Made by a program: the position numbers and the translations under genes. A stretch of DNA of 64,000 nucleotides from the human T2T-CHM13v2.0 reference genome, Homo sapiens: the NCBI RefSeq assembly GCF_009914755.1, contig NC_060929.1. The stretch is one strand, 5' to 3'. The notes beneath the pieces were generated by a model. That model had not been told where the DNA came from, made no database searches, and saw only the letters and a list, made by a program, of their open reading frames with translations. Positions within the stretch are counted from its first letter, which is position 1. Every line of letters starts with the position of its first letter. Shown here one piece after another: positions 1 to 11,523 of the stretch.

Positions 1-104
1 TATATGTGAAGATATTCCCATTTCCAGCAAAGGTCTCAAAGGGGTCCAAATATCCACTTGCGGATCCCACAAACAGAGTGTTTCAAAACTGCTCTACGGA
101 AAGG

Positions 105-1120
105 TGTGTTCAACTCTGTGAGTTTACTGCAAACAACCTAAAGAAGTTTCTGGGAATGCTGCTGTCTAGTTTAATGTGAATATATTTTCTTTTCCGCCAT
201 AGCCCTCAAGGAGCTCCAAATATCCACTTTCAGATTCTAAAGAGTGTTTCAAAACTGCTCTATCCAAAAAAAGTTTCAACTCGGTGAGTCGAATGCACAT
301 ATCACAAAGCAGTTTCTGAGAATGCTTTCGTCTATCTTTCCCAGGAAGATATTTCCTTTTGGACCGTAGGCCTCAAATCGCTCCAGATATCCACATGCAG
401 ATTCTACAAAAAGAGTGTTTCCAAACTGCCCTATCAAAAGGAAGGTTCAACTCTGGTAGTTGAAGGCAAACATCACAAAGAAGTTTCTCAGAATGCTTCT
501 GTCTTGTTGTCATAGGCAGATATTTCTTTTTCTACCATAGGCCTCAAAGCGCTCCAAATATCCACTTGCAGATTCTCCAAAAACAGTGTTTCAAAACTGC
601 TCCATAAAAAGGTATGTTCAACTCTGTGAGTTTACTGCAAATATCCTAAAGAAGTTTCTGGGAATGCTGCTGTCTAGTTTAATGTGAATATATTTTCTTT
701 TCCGCCATAGCCCTCAAAGAGCTCCAAATATCCACTTTCAGATTCTACAGAGTGTTTCAAAACTGCTCTATCCAAGAAAAGTTTCAACTCGGTGAGTCGA
801 ATGCACATATCACAAAGCAGTTTCTGAGAATGCTTTCGTCTATTTTTCCCAGGAAGATATTTCCTTTCGGACCGTAGGCCTCAAATCGCTCCAGATATCC
901 ACATGCAGATTCTACAAAGAGAGTGTTTCCAAACTGCCCTATCAAAAGGAAGGTTCAACTCTGGTAGTTGAATGCAAACATCACAAAGAAGTTTCTCAGA
1001 ATGCTTCTGTCTAGTTGTCATAGGCAGATATTTCTTTTACTACCATAGGCCTCAAAGCGCTCCAAATATCCACTTGCAAATCCTCAGAAAACAGTGTTTC
1101 AAAACTGCTCCATAAAAAGG
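105..1120 (-). repeat. 508-bp three-monomer tandem duplication (105-612 / 613-1120) in a 16-mer variant HOR, copy 1 (HOR truncated by window edge)
   Basis: The junction CTCCATAAAAAGG|TATGTTCAACTCTGTGAGTTTACTG at 612/613 joins the first part of one monomer to the second part of the monomer three positions earlier. Confidence 0.93.
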
Positions 1121-1202
1121 AAGGTTCAACTCTGTGAGTTGAATGGACAGACCACAAAGAAGTTTCTGAGAATGCTTCTGTCTAGTGTTTATGTGAAGAT
1201 AT

Positions 1203-1219
1203 TCCCGTTTCCGATGAAG
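1203..1219 (-). other. Degenerate CENP-B box (representative; present in every HOR)
   Basis: TCCCGTTTCCGATGAAG: the essential CGAA is changed to TGAA (CpG>TpG). Confidence 0.75.
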
Positions 1220-1543
1220 GCCTCAAAGCAGTCCAAATATCCACTTGCAGATTCTACAAAAATAGTGCTTCAAAACTACTCTATGGAAAGGTATGTTCAA
1301 CACTGTGAGATGAATGCAAACGTCACAAAGAAGTTGCTGAGAATGCTTCAGTCTACTTTCTATGGGAAGACATTTCCTTTTGCACCACAGCCCCCAAAGC
1401 ACTCCAAATGTCTACTTGCAGATTCGATAAAGGAGTTTTACAAAACTGCTCTATCAAAAGAAAGGTTCAACGCTGTGACTTGAATCCACATATCACGAAA
1501 AAGTTTCTGAGAATGCCTCTGTCTACTTTTTATGTGAAGATAT

Positions 1544-1560
1544 TCCGGTTTCCAACGAAG
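1544..1560 (-). other. Degenerate CENP-B box (representative; present in every HOR)
   Basis: TCCGGTTTCCAACGAAG: 16/17 match to TCCCGTTTCCAACGAAG, but the essential CCCG is changed to CCGG. Confidence 0.75.
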
Positions 1561-2055
1561 GCCTCAAAGCGCTCCAAATATCTACTTGCAGATTCTAGAA
1601 AAAGAGTGTTTCAAAACTGCTATATTAAAGGAAGGTTCAACTCTGTGAGTTGAATTCACACATCACAAAGAACTTTCTGACAATGCTTCTATCTAGTTTT
1701 TATGTGAAGATTTTACTGTTTCCCATGAAGGCCTCAGAGTGGTCCGAATATCCACTTGCAGATTCTACAAAAAGAGGTTTTCAAAACTGCTCTATGCAGA
1801 GGTATGTTCAAGTCTGTGAGTTGAATGCAAACATCACGAAGCAGTTTCTGAGAATGCTTCTGTCTAGTTTTTAGGGGCAGATATTTCCGTTGGCACAATA
1901 GCCCTCAAAGCGCTCTAAATATCCACTGGCAGATTCTAGCAAAAGAGTGTTTCAAAACTGCTCTGTGAAAAGAAAGGTTCAACTGTGTTAGTTGAATGCC
2001 CACATCACAAAGAAGATTCTGAGAATATTTCTGTCTAGTTTTTATTAGAAAATAT

Positions 2056-2754
2056 TCCCGTTTCCACCAAAGGACACAAAGCTAAGCCAACTATCCGCTT
2101 GCAGATCTTACAAAAACACGTTTCAAAACTGCTCTATCAAAGGAAAGGTTCATCTCTCTGGGTTCAACGCACACATCACAAAGAAGTTTCTGAGAATGCT
2201 TCTGGCTAGTTCGTGTGTGAAGATATTCCCATTTCCAACAAAGGCTTCAAAGCCCTCCAAATATTCACCTGCAATTGTTCAAAAGAGTGTTTCAAAACTG
2301 TTCTATCAAAAGGAAGGTTCAACTCTGTGAGTTGAACGCACGCTTCACATAAATGGTTCTGAGAATGCTTCTTTCTAGTTTTTATGTGAAGATATTTCCT
2401 TCTCCACCATAGCCTTCAAAGCGCTCCAAGTGTCCGCTGGCAGATTCCACAGAAACAGTGTTTCAAAACTGCTCTAACAAAAGAAAGATTCAACTCCGTG
2501 ATTTGAATGCACACATCACAAAGCATTTTCTGTGAATCCTTCTGTCTAGTTTTTATATGAGGATATTTCCTTTTCTACCACGGGCATCCAAGCGTTCCAA
2601 TTCTCCAATTGTATATTGCACAAACAGAGTGTTTCAAAACTGTTCCATGAGAAGGAAGATTCAAATTTGGGAGTACAATGCACACATCACCAAGAAGTTT
2701 CTGAGAATGCTTCTGTCTAGTTTATATGTGAAGATATTCCCGTTTCCAGCAAAG
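2056..2754 (-). other. Three further degenerate CENP-B boxes at 2056-2072, 2227-2243 and 2738-2754 (representative)
   Basis: TCCCGTTTCCACCAAAG, TCCCATTTCCAACAAAG and TCCCGTTTCCAGCAAAG: all have CGAA>CAAA, and one also has CCCG>CCCA. Confidence 0.72.
2397..2413 (-). other. A-box / pJalpha-like site (best match in the HOR, imperfect)
   Basis: TTCCTTCTCCACCATAG versus the pJalpha motif TTCCTTTTYCACCRTAG: one mismatch. The other six A-type monomers are equally or more diverged. Confidence 0.6.
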
Positions 2755-3865
2755 GTCTCACAGCGGTCCAAATATCCACTTGCGGATCCCACAAACAGAG
2801 TGTTTCAAAACTGCTCTACGGAAAGGTATGTTCAACTCTGTGAGTTTACTGCAAACATCCTAAAGAAGTTTCTGGGAATGCTGCTGTCTAGTTTAATGTG
2901 AATATATTTTCTTTTCCGCCATAGCCCTCAAAGAGCTCCAAATATACACTTGCAAATTCTACAGAGTGTTTCAAAACTGCTCTATCCAAAAAAAGTTTCA
3001 AATCGGTGAGTCGAATGCACATATCAAAAAGCAGTTTCTGAGAATGCTTTCGTCTATTTTTCCCAGGAAGATATTTCCTTTTGGACCGTAGGCCTCAAAT
3101 CGCTCCAGATATCCACATGCAGATTCTACAAAAAGAGTGTTTCCAAACTGCCCTATCAAAAGGAAGGTTCAACTCTGGTAGTTGAATGCAAACATCACAA
3201 AGAAGTTTCTCAGAATGCTTCTGTCTAGTTGTCATAGGCAGATATTTCTTTTTCTACAATAGGCCTCAAAGCGCTCCAAATATCCACTTGCAGATCCTCC
3301 GAAAACAGTGTTTCAAAACTGCTCCATAAAAAGGAAGGTTCAACTCTGTGAGTTGAATGGACAGACCACAAAGAAGTTTCTGAGAATGCTTCTGTCTAGT
3401 GTTTATGTGAAGATATTCCCGTTTCCGATGAAGGCCTCAAAGCAGTCCAAATATCCACTTGCAGATTCTACAAAAATAGTGCTTCAAAACTACTCTATGG
3501 AAAGGTATGTTCAACACTGTGAGATGAATGCAAACGTCACAAAGAAGTTGCTGAGAATGCTTCAGTCTAGTTTCTATGGGAAGACATTTCCTTTTGCACC
3601 ACAGCCTCCAAAGCACTCCAAATGTCTACTTGCAGATTCGATAAAAGAGTTTTACAAAACTGCTCTATCAAAAGAAAGGTTCAACGCTGTGAGTTGAATC
3701 CACATATCACGAAAAAGTTTCTGAGAATGCCTCTATCTACTTTTTATGTGAAGATATTCCGGTTTCCAACGAAGGCTTCAAAGCGCTCCAAATATCTACT
3801 TGCAGATTCTAGAAAAAGAGTGTTTCAAAACTGCTCTATTAAAGGAAGGTTCAACTCTGTGAGTT

Positions 3866-6587
3866 GAATTCACACATCACAAAGAACTTTCTGACAATGC
3901 TTTTATCTATTTTTTATGTGAAGATATTACTGTTTCCTATGAAGGCCTCAGAGTGTTCCGAATATCCACTTGCAGATTCTACAAAAAGAGGTTTCCAAAA
4001 GTGCTCTATGCAGAGGTATGTTCAACCCTGTGAGTTGAATGCAAACATCACGAAGCAGTTTCTGAGAATGCTTCTGTCTAGTTTTTAGGGGCAGATATTT
4101 CCGTTGGCACAATAGCCCTCAAAGCGCTCCAAATATCCACTGGCAGATTCTACCAAAAGGGTGTTTCAAAACTGCTCTGTGAAAAGTAAGGTTCAACTGT
4201 GTTAGTTGAATGCCCACATCACGAAGAAGATTCTGAGAATATTTCTGTCTAGTTTTTATTAGAAGATATTCCCGTTTCCACCAAAGGACACACAGCGAAG
4301 CCAACTATCCGCTTGCAGATCTTACAAAAACACGTTTCAAAACTGCTCTATCAAAGGAAAGGTTCATCTCTCTGGGTTCAACGCACACATCACAAAGAAG
4401 TTTCTGAGAATGCTTCTGGCTAGTTTGTGTGTGAAGATATTCCCATTTCCAACAAAGGCTTCAAAGCCCTCCAAATATTCACCTGCAATTGTTCAAAAGA
4501 GTGTTTCAAACCTGTTCTATCAAAAGGAAGGTTCAACTCTGTGAGTTGAACGCACGCTTCACATAAATGTTTCTGAGAATGCTTCTTTCTAGTTTTTATG
4601 TGAAGATATTTCCTTCTCCACCATAGCCCTCAAAGCGCTCCAAGTGTCCGCTGGCAGATTCCACAGAAACAGTGTTTCAAAACTGCTCTAACAAAAGAAA
4701 GATTCAACTCCGTGATTTGAATGCACACATCACAAAGCATTTTCTGTGAATCCTTCTGTCTAGTTTTTATATGAGGATATTTCCTTTTCTACCACGGGCA
4801 TCCAAGCGTTCCAATTCTCCAATTGTAGATTGCACAAACAGAGTGTTTCAAAACTGCTCCATGAGAAGGAAGATTCAAATTTGGGAGTACAATGCACACA
4901 TCACCAAGAAGTTTCTGAGAATGCTTCTGTCTAGTTTATATGTGAAGATATTCCCATTTCCAGCAAAGGTCTCAAAGGGGTCCAAATATCCACTTGCGGA
5001 TCCCACAAACAGAGTGTTTCAAAACTGCTCTACGGAAAGGTGTGTTCAACTCTGTGAGTTTACTGCAAACAACCTAAAGAAGTTTCTGGGAATGCTGCTG
5101 TCTAGTTTAATGTGAATATATTTTCTTTTCCGCCATAGCCCTCAAGGAGCTCCAAATATCCACTTTCAGATTCTAAAGAGTGTTTCAAAACTGCTCTATC
5201 CAAAAAAAGTTTCAACTCGGTGAGTCGAATGCACATATCACAAAGCAGTTTCTGAGAATGCTTTCGTCTATCTTTCCCAGGAAGATATTTCCTTTTGGAC
5301 CGTAGGCCTCAAATCGCTCCAGATATCCACATGCAGATTCTACAAAAAGAGTGTTTCCAAACTGCCCTATCAAAAGGAAGGTTCAACTCTGGTAGTTGAA
5401 GGCAAACATCACAAAGAAGTTTCTCAGAATGCTTCTGTCTTGTTGTCATAGGCAGATATTTCTTTTTCTACCATAGGCCTCAAAGCGCTCCAAATATCCA
5501 CTTGCAGATTCTCCAAAAACAGTGTTTCAAAACTGCTCCATAAAAAGGTATGTTCAACTCTGTGAGTTTACTGCAAATATCCTAAAGAAGTTTCTGGGAA
5601 TGCTGCTGTCTAGTTTAATGTGAATATATTTTCTTTTCCGCCATAGCCCTCAAAGAGCTCCAAATATCCACTTTCAGATTCTACAGAGTGTTTCAAAACT
5701 GCTCTATCCAAGAAAAGTTTCAACTCGGTGAGTCGAATGCACATATCACAAAGCAGTTTCTGAGAATGCTTTCGTCTATTTTTCCCAGGAAGATATTTCC
5801 TTTCGGACCGTAGGCCTCAAATCGCTCCAGATATCCACATGCAGATTCTACAAAGAGAGTGTTTCCAAACTGCCCTATCAAAAGGAAGGTTCAACTCTGG
5901 TAGTTGAATGCAAACATCACAAAGAAGTTTCTCAGAATGCTTCTGTCTAGTTGTCATAGGCAGATATTTCTTTTACTACCATAGGCCTCAAAGCGCTCCA
6001 AATATCCACTTGCAAATCCTCAGAAAACAGTGTTTCAAAACTGCTCCATAAAAAGGAAGGTTCAACTCTGTGAGTTGAATGGACAGACCACAAAGAAGTT
6101 TCTGAGAATGCTTCTGTCTAGTGTTTATGTGAAGATATTCCCGTTTCCGATGAAGGCCTCAAAGCAGTCCAAATATCCACTTGCAGATTCTACAAAAATA
6201 GTGCTTCAAAACTACTCTATGGAAAGGTATGTTCAACACTGTGAGATGAATGCAAACGTCACAAAGAAGTTGCTGAGAATGCTTCAGTCTACTTTCTATG
6301 GGAAGACATTTCCTTTTGCACCACAGCCCCCAAAGCACTCCAAATGTCTACTTGCAGATTCGATAAAGGAGTTTTACAAAACTGCTCTATCAAAAGAAAG
6401 GTTCAACGCTGTGACTTGAATCCACATATCACGAAAAAGTTTCTGAGAATGCCTCTGTCTACTTTTTATGTGAAGATATTCCGGTTTCCAACGAAGGCCT
6501 CAAAGCGCTCCAAATATCTACTTGCAGATTCTAGAAAAAGAGTGTTTCAAAACTGCTATATTAAAGGAAGGTTCAACTCTGTGAGTT
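3866..6587 (-). repeat. 16-mer variant HOR, 2,722 bp (duplication 5041-5548 / 5549-6056)
   Basis: EcoRI-to-EcoRI distance is 2,722 = 2,214 + 508; chimeric junction at 5548/5549. Confidence 0.93.
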
Positions 6588-8801
6588 GAATTCACACATC
6601 ACAAAGAACTTTCTGACAATGCTTCTATCTAGTTTTTATGTGAAGATTTTACTGTTTCCCATGAAGGCCTCAGAGTGGTCCGAATATCCACTTGCAGATT
6701 CTACAAAAAGAGGTTTTCAAAACTGCTCTATGCAGAGGTATGTTCAAGTCTGTGAGTTGAATGCAAACATCACGAAGCAGTTTCTGAGAATGCTTCTGTC
6801 TAGTTTTTAGGGGCAGATATTTCCGTTGGCACAATAGCCCTCAAAGCGCTCTAAATATCCACTGGCAGATTCTAGCAAAAGAGTGTTTCAAAACTGCTCT
6901 GTGAAAAGAAAGGTTCAACTGTGTTAGTTGAATGCCCACATCACAAAGAAGATTCTGAGAATATTTCTGTCTAGTTTTTATTAGAAAATATTCCCGTTTC
7001 CACCAAAGGACACAAAGCTAAGCCAACTATCCGCTTGCAGATCTTACAAAAACACGTTTCAAAACTGCTCTATCAAAGGAAAGGTTCATCTCTCTGGGTT
7101 CAACGCACACATCACAAAGAAGTTTCTGAGAATGCTTCTGGCTAGTTCGTGTGTGAAGATATTCCCATTTCCAACAAAGGCTTCAAAGCCCTCCAAATAT
7201 TCACCTGCAATTGTTCAAAAGAGTGTTTCAAAACTGTTCTATCAAAAGGAAGGTTCAACTCTGTGAGTTGAACGCACGCTTCACATAAATGGTTCTGAGA
7301 ATGCTTCTTTCTAGTTTTTATGTGAAGATATTTCCTTCTCCACCATAGCCTTCAAAGCGCTCCAAGTGTCCGCTGGCAGATTCCACAGAAACAGTGTTTC
7401 AAAACTGCTCTAACAAAAGAAAGATTCAACTCCGTGATTTGAATGCACACATCACAAAGCATTTTCTGTGAATCCTTCTGTCTAGTTTTTATATGAGGAT
7501 ATTTCCTTTTCTACCACGGGCATCCAAGCGTTCCAATTCTCCAATTGTATATTGCACAAACAGAGTGTTTCAAAACTGTTCCATGAGAAGGAAGATTCAA
7601 ATTTGGGAGTACAATGCACACATCACCAAGAAGTTTCTGAGAATGCTTCTGTCTAGTTTATATGTGAAGATATTCCCGTTTCCAGCAAAGGTCTCACAGC
7701 GGTCCAAATATCCACTTGCGGATCCCACAAACAGAGTGTTTCAAAACTGCTCTACGGAAAGGTATGTTCAACTCTGTGAGTTTACTGCAAACATCCTAAA
7801 GAAGTTTCTGGGAATGCTGCTGTCTAGTTTAATGTGAATATATTTTCTTTTCCGCCATAGCCCTCAAAGAGCTCCAAATATACACTTGCAAATTCTACAG
7901 AGTGTTTCAAAACTGCTCTATCCAAAAAAAGTTTCAAATCGGTGAGTCGAATGCACATATCAAAAAGCAGTTTCTGAGAATGCTTTCGTCTATTTTTCCC
8001 AGGAAGATATTTCCTTTTGGACCGTAGGCCTCAAATCGCTCCAGATATCCACATGCAGATTCTACAAAAAGAGTGTTTCCAAACTGCCCTATCAAAAGGA
8101 AGGTTCAACTCTGGTAGTTGAATGCAAACATCACAAAGAAGTTTCTCAGAATGCTTCTGTCTAGTTGTCATAGGCAGATATTTCTTTTTCTACAATAGGC
8201 CTCAAAGCGCTCCAAATATCCACTTGCAGATCCTCCGAAAACAGTGTTTCAAAACTGCTCCATAAAAAGGAAGGTTCAACTCTGTGAGTTGAATGGACAG
8301 ACCACAAAGAAGTTTCTGAGAATGCTTCTGTCTAGTGTTTATGTGAAGATATTCCCGTTTCCGATGAAGGCCTCAAAGCAGTCCAAATATCCACTTGCAG
8401 ATTCTACAAAAATAGTGCTTCAAAACTACTCTATGGAAAGGTATGTTCAACACTGTGAGATGAATGCAAACGTCACAAAGAAGTTGCTGAGAATGCTTCA
8501 GTCTAGTTTCTATGGGAAGACATTTCCTTTTGCACCACAGCCTCCAAAGCACTCCAAATGTCTACTTGCAGATTCGATAAAAGAGTTTTACAAAACTGCT
8601 CTATCAAAAGAAAGGTTCAACGCTGTGAGTTGAATCCACATATCACGAAAAAGTTTCTGAGAATGCCTCTATCTACTTTTTATGTGAAGATATTCCGGTT
8701 TCCAACGAAGGCTTCAAAGCGCTCCAAATATCTACTTGCAGATTCTAGAAAAAGAGTGTTTCAAAACTGCTCTATTAAAGGAAGGTTCAACTCTGTGAGT
8801 T

Positions 8802-11523
8802 GAATTCACACATCACAAAGAACTTTCTGACAATGCTTTTATCTATTTTTTATGTGAAGATATTACTGTTTCCTATGAAGGCCTCAGAGTGTTCCGAATA
8901 TCCACTTGCAGATTCTACAAAAAGAGGTTTCCAAAAGTGCTCTATGCAGAGGTATGTTCAACCCTGTGAGTTGAATGCAAACATCACGAAGCAGTTTCTG
9001 AGAATGCTTCTGTCTAGTTTTTAGGGGCAGATATTTCCGTTGGCACAATAGCCCTCAAAGCGCTCCAAATATCCACTGGCAGATTCTACCAAAAGGGTGT
9101 TTCAAAACTGCTCTGTGAAAAGTAAGGTTCAACTGTGTTAGTTGAATGCCCACATCACGAAGAAGATTCTGAGAATATTTCTGTCTAGTTTTTATTAGAA
9201 GATATTCCCGTTTCCACCAAAGGACACACAGCGAAGCCAACTATCCGCTTGCAGATCTTACAAAAACACGTTTCAAAACTGCTCTATCAAAGGAAAGGTT
9301 CATCTCTCTGGGTTCAACGCACACATCACAAAGAAGTTTCTGAGAATGCTTCTGGCTAGTTTGTGTGTGAAGATATTCCCATTTCCAACAAAGGCTTCAA
9401 AGCCCTCCAAATATTCACCTGCAATTGTTCAAAAGAGTGTTTCAAACCTGTTCTATCAAAAGGAAGGTTCAACTCTGTGAGTTGAACGCACGCTTCACAT
9501 AAATGTTTCTGAGAATGCTTCTTTCTAGTTTTTATGTGAAGATATTTCCTTCTCCACCATAGCCCTCAAAGCGCTCCAAGTGTCCGCTGGCAGATTCCAC
9601 AGAAACAGTGTTTCAAAACTGCTCTAACAAAAGAAAGATTCAACTCCGTGATTTGAATGCACACATCACAAAGCATTTTCTGTGAATCCTTCTGTCTAGT
9701 TTTTATATGAGGATATTTCCTTTTCTACCACGGGCATCCAAGCGTTCCAATTCTCCAATTGTAGATTGCACAAACAGAGTGTTTCAAAACTGCTCCATGA
9801 GAAGGAAGATTCAAATTTGGGAGTACAATGCACACATCACCAAGAAGTTTCTGAGAATGCTTCTGTCTAGTTTATATGTGAAGATATTCCCATTTCCAGC
9901 AAAGGTCTCAAAGGGGTCCAAATATCCACTTGCGGATCCCACAAACAGAGTGTTTCAAAACTGCTCTACGGAAAGGTGTGTTCAACTCTGTGAGTTTACT
10001 GCAAACAACCTAAAGAAGTTTCTGGGAATGCTGCTGTCTAGTTTAATGTGAATATATTTTCTTTTCCGCCATAGCCCTCAAGGAGCTCCAAATATCCACT
10101 TTCAGATTCTAAAGAGTGTTTCAAAACTGCTCTATCCAAAAAAAGTTTCAACTCGGTGAGTCGAATGCACATATCACAAAGCAGTTTCTGAGAATGCTTT
10201 CGTCTATCTTTCCCAGGAAGATATTTCCTTTTGGACCGTAGGCCTCAAATCGCTCCAGATATCCACATGCAGATTCTACAAAAAGAGTGTTTCCAAACTG
10301 CCCTATCAAAAGGAAGGTTCAACTCTGGTAGTTGAAGGCAAACATCACAAAGAAGTTTCTCAGAATGCTTCTGTCTTGTTGTCATAGGCAGATATTTCTT
10401 TTTCTACCATAGGCCTCAAAGCGCTCCAAATATCCACTTGCAGATTCTCCAAAAACAGTGTTTCAAAACTGCTCCATAAAAAGGTATGTTCAACTCTGTG
10501 AGTTTACTGCAAATATCCTAAAGAAGTTTCTGGGAATGCTGCTGTCTAGTTTAATGTGAATATATTTTCTTTTCCGCCATAGCCCTCAAAGAGCTCCAAA
10601 TATCCACTTTCAGATTCTACAGAGTGTTTCAAAACTGCTCTATCCAAGAAAAGTTTCAACTCGGTGAGTCGAATGCACATATCACAAAGCAGTTTCTGAG
10701 AATGCTTTCGTCTATTTTTCCCAGGAAGATATTTCCTTTCGGACCGTAGGCCTCAAATCGCTCCAGATATCCACATGCAGATTCTACAAAGAGAGTGTTT
10801 CCAAACTGCCCTATCAAAAGGAAGGTTCAACTCTGGTAGTTGAATGCAAACATCACAAAGAAGTTTCTCAGAATGCTTCTGTCTAGTTGTCATAGGCAGA
10901 TATTTCTTTTACTACCATAGGCCTCAAAGCGCTCCAAATATCCACTTGCAAATCCTCAGAAAACAGTGTTTCAAAACTGCTCCATAAAAAGGAAGGTTCA
11001 ACTCTGTGAGTTGAATGGACAGACCACAAAGAAGTTTCTGAGAATGCTTCTGTCTAGTGTTTATGTGAAGATATTCCCGTTTCCGATGAAGGCCTCAAAG
11101 CAGTCCAAATATCCACTTGCAGATTCTACAAAAATAGTGCTTCAAAACTACTCTATGGAAAGGTATGTTCAACACTGTGAGATGAATGCAAACGTCACAA
11201 AGAAGTTGCTGAGAATGCTTCAGTCTACTTTCTATGGGAAGACATTTCCTTTTGCACCACAGCCCCCAAAGCACTCCAAATGTCTACTTGCAGATTCGAT
11301 AAAGGAGTTTTACAAAACTGCTCTATCAAAAGAAAGGTTCAACGCTGTGACTTGAATCCACATATCACGAAAAAGTTTCTGAGAATGCCTCTGTCTACTT
11401 TTTATGTGAAGATATTCCGGTTTCCAACGAAGGCCTCAAAGCGCTCCAAATATCTACTTGCAGATTCTAGAAAAAGAGTGTTTCAAAACTGCTATATTAA
11501 AGGAAGGTTCAACTCTGTGAGTT
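8802..11523 (-). repeat. 16-mer variant HOR, 2,722 bp (duplication 9977-10484 / 10485-10992)
   Basis: Same chimeric junction CATAAAAAGGTATGTT at 10484/10485; spacing 2,722. Confidence 0.93.

Larger units (their letters stand above)
1652..3865 (-). repeat. Representative canonical 13-mer HOR unit, 2,214 bp (EcoRI site to EcoRI site); SF5-type, consistent with the chr5/chr19 13-mer (D5Z1/D19Z1-like)
   Basis: One GAATTC per unit (1652, 3866). Equivalent ORF starts recur every 2,214 bp (24758, 26972, 29186, 31400 ...), i.e. 13 x 170.3 bp. There are six B-type and seven A-type box sites in irregular order. The period is seen directly; the chromosome and family assignment rests on recalled descriptions of a 2,214-bp SF5 13-mer lacking CENP-B boxes. 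Confidence 0.8.

Noticed and set aside
1544-1560. Apparent CENP-B box in every HOR (TCCGGTTTCCAACGAAG)
   Set aside because: The single mismatch falls in the essential CGGG block, so it is not counted as functional.
2945-2975. Shortened monomer (TTCTACAGAGTG lacking AAAA)
   Set aside because: It is a fixed 4-bp deletion present in every HOR, so it is part of the consensus and helps explain 2,214 < 13 x 171; not a local anomaly.
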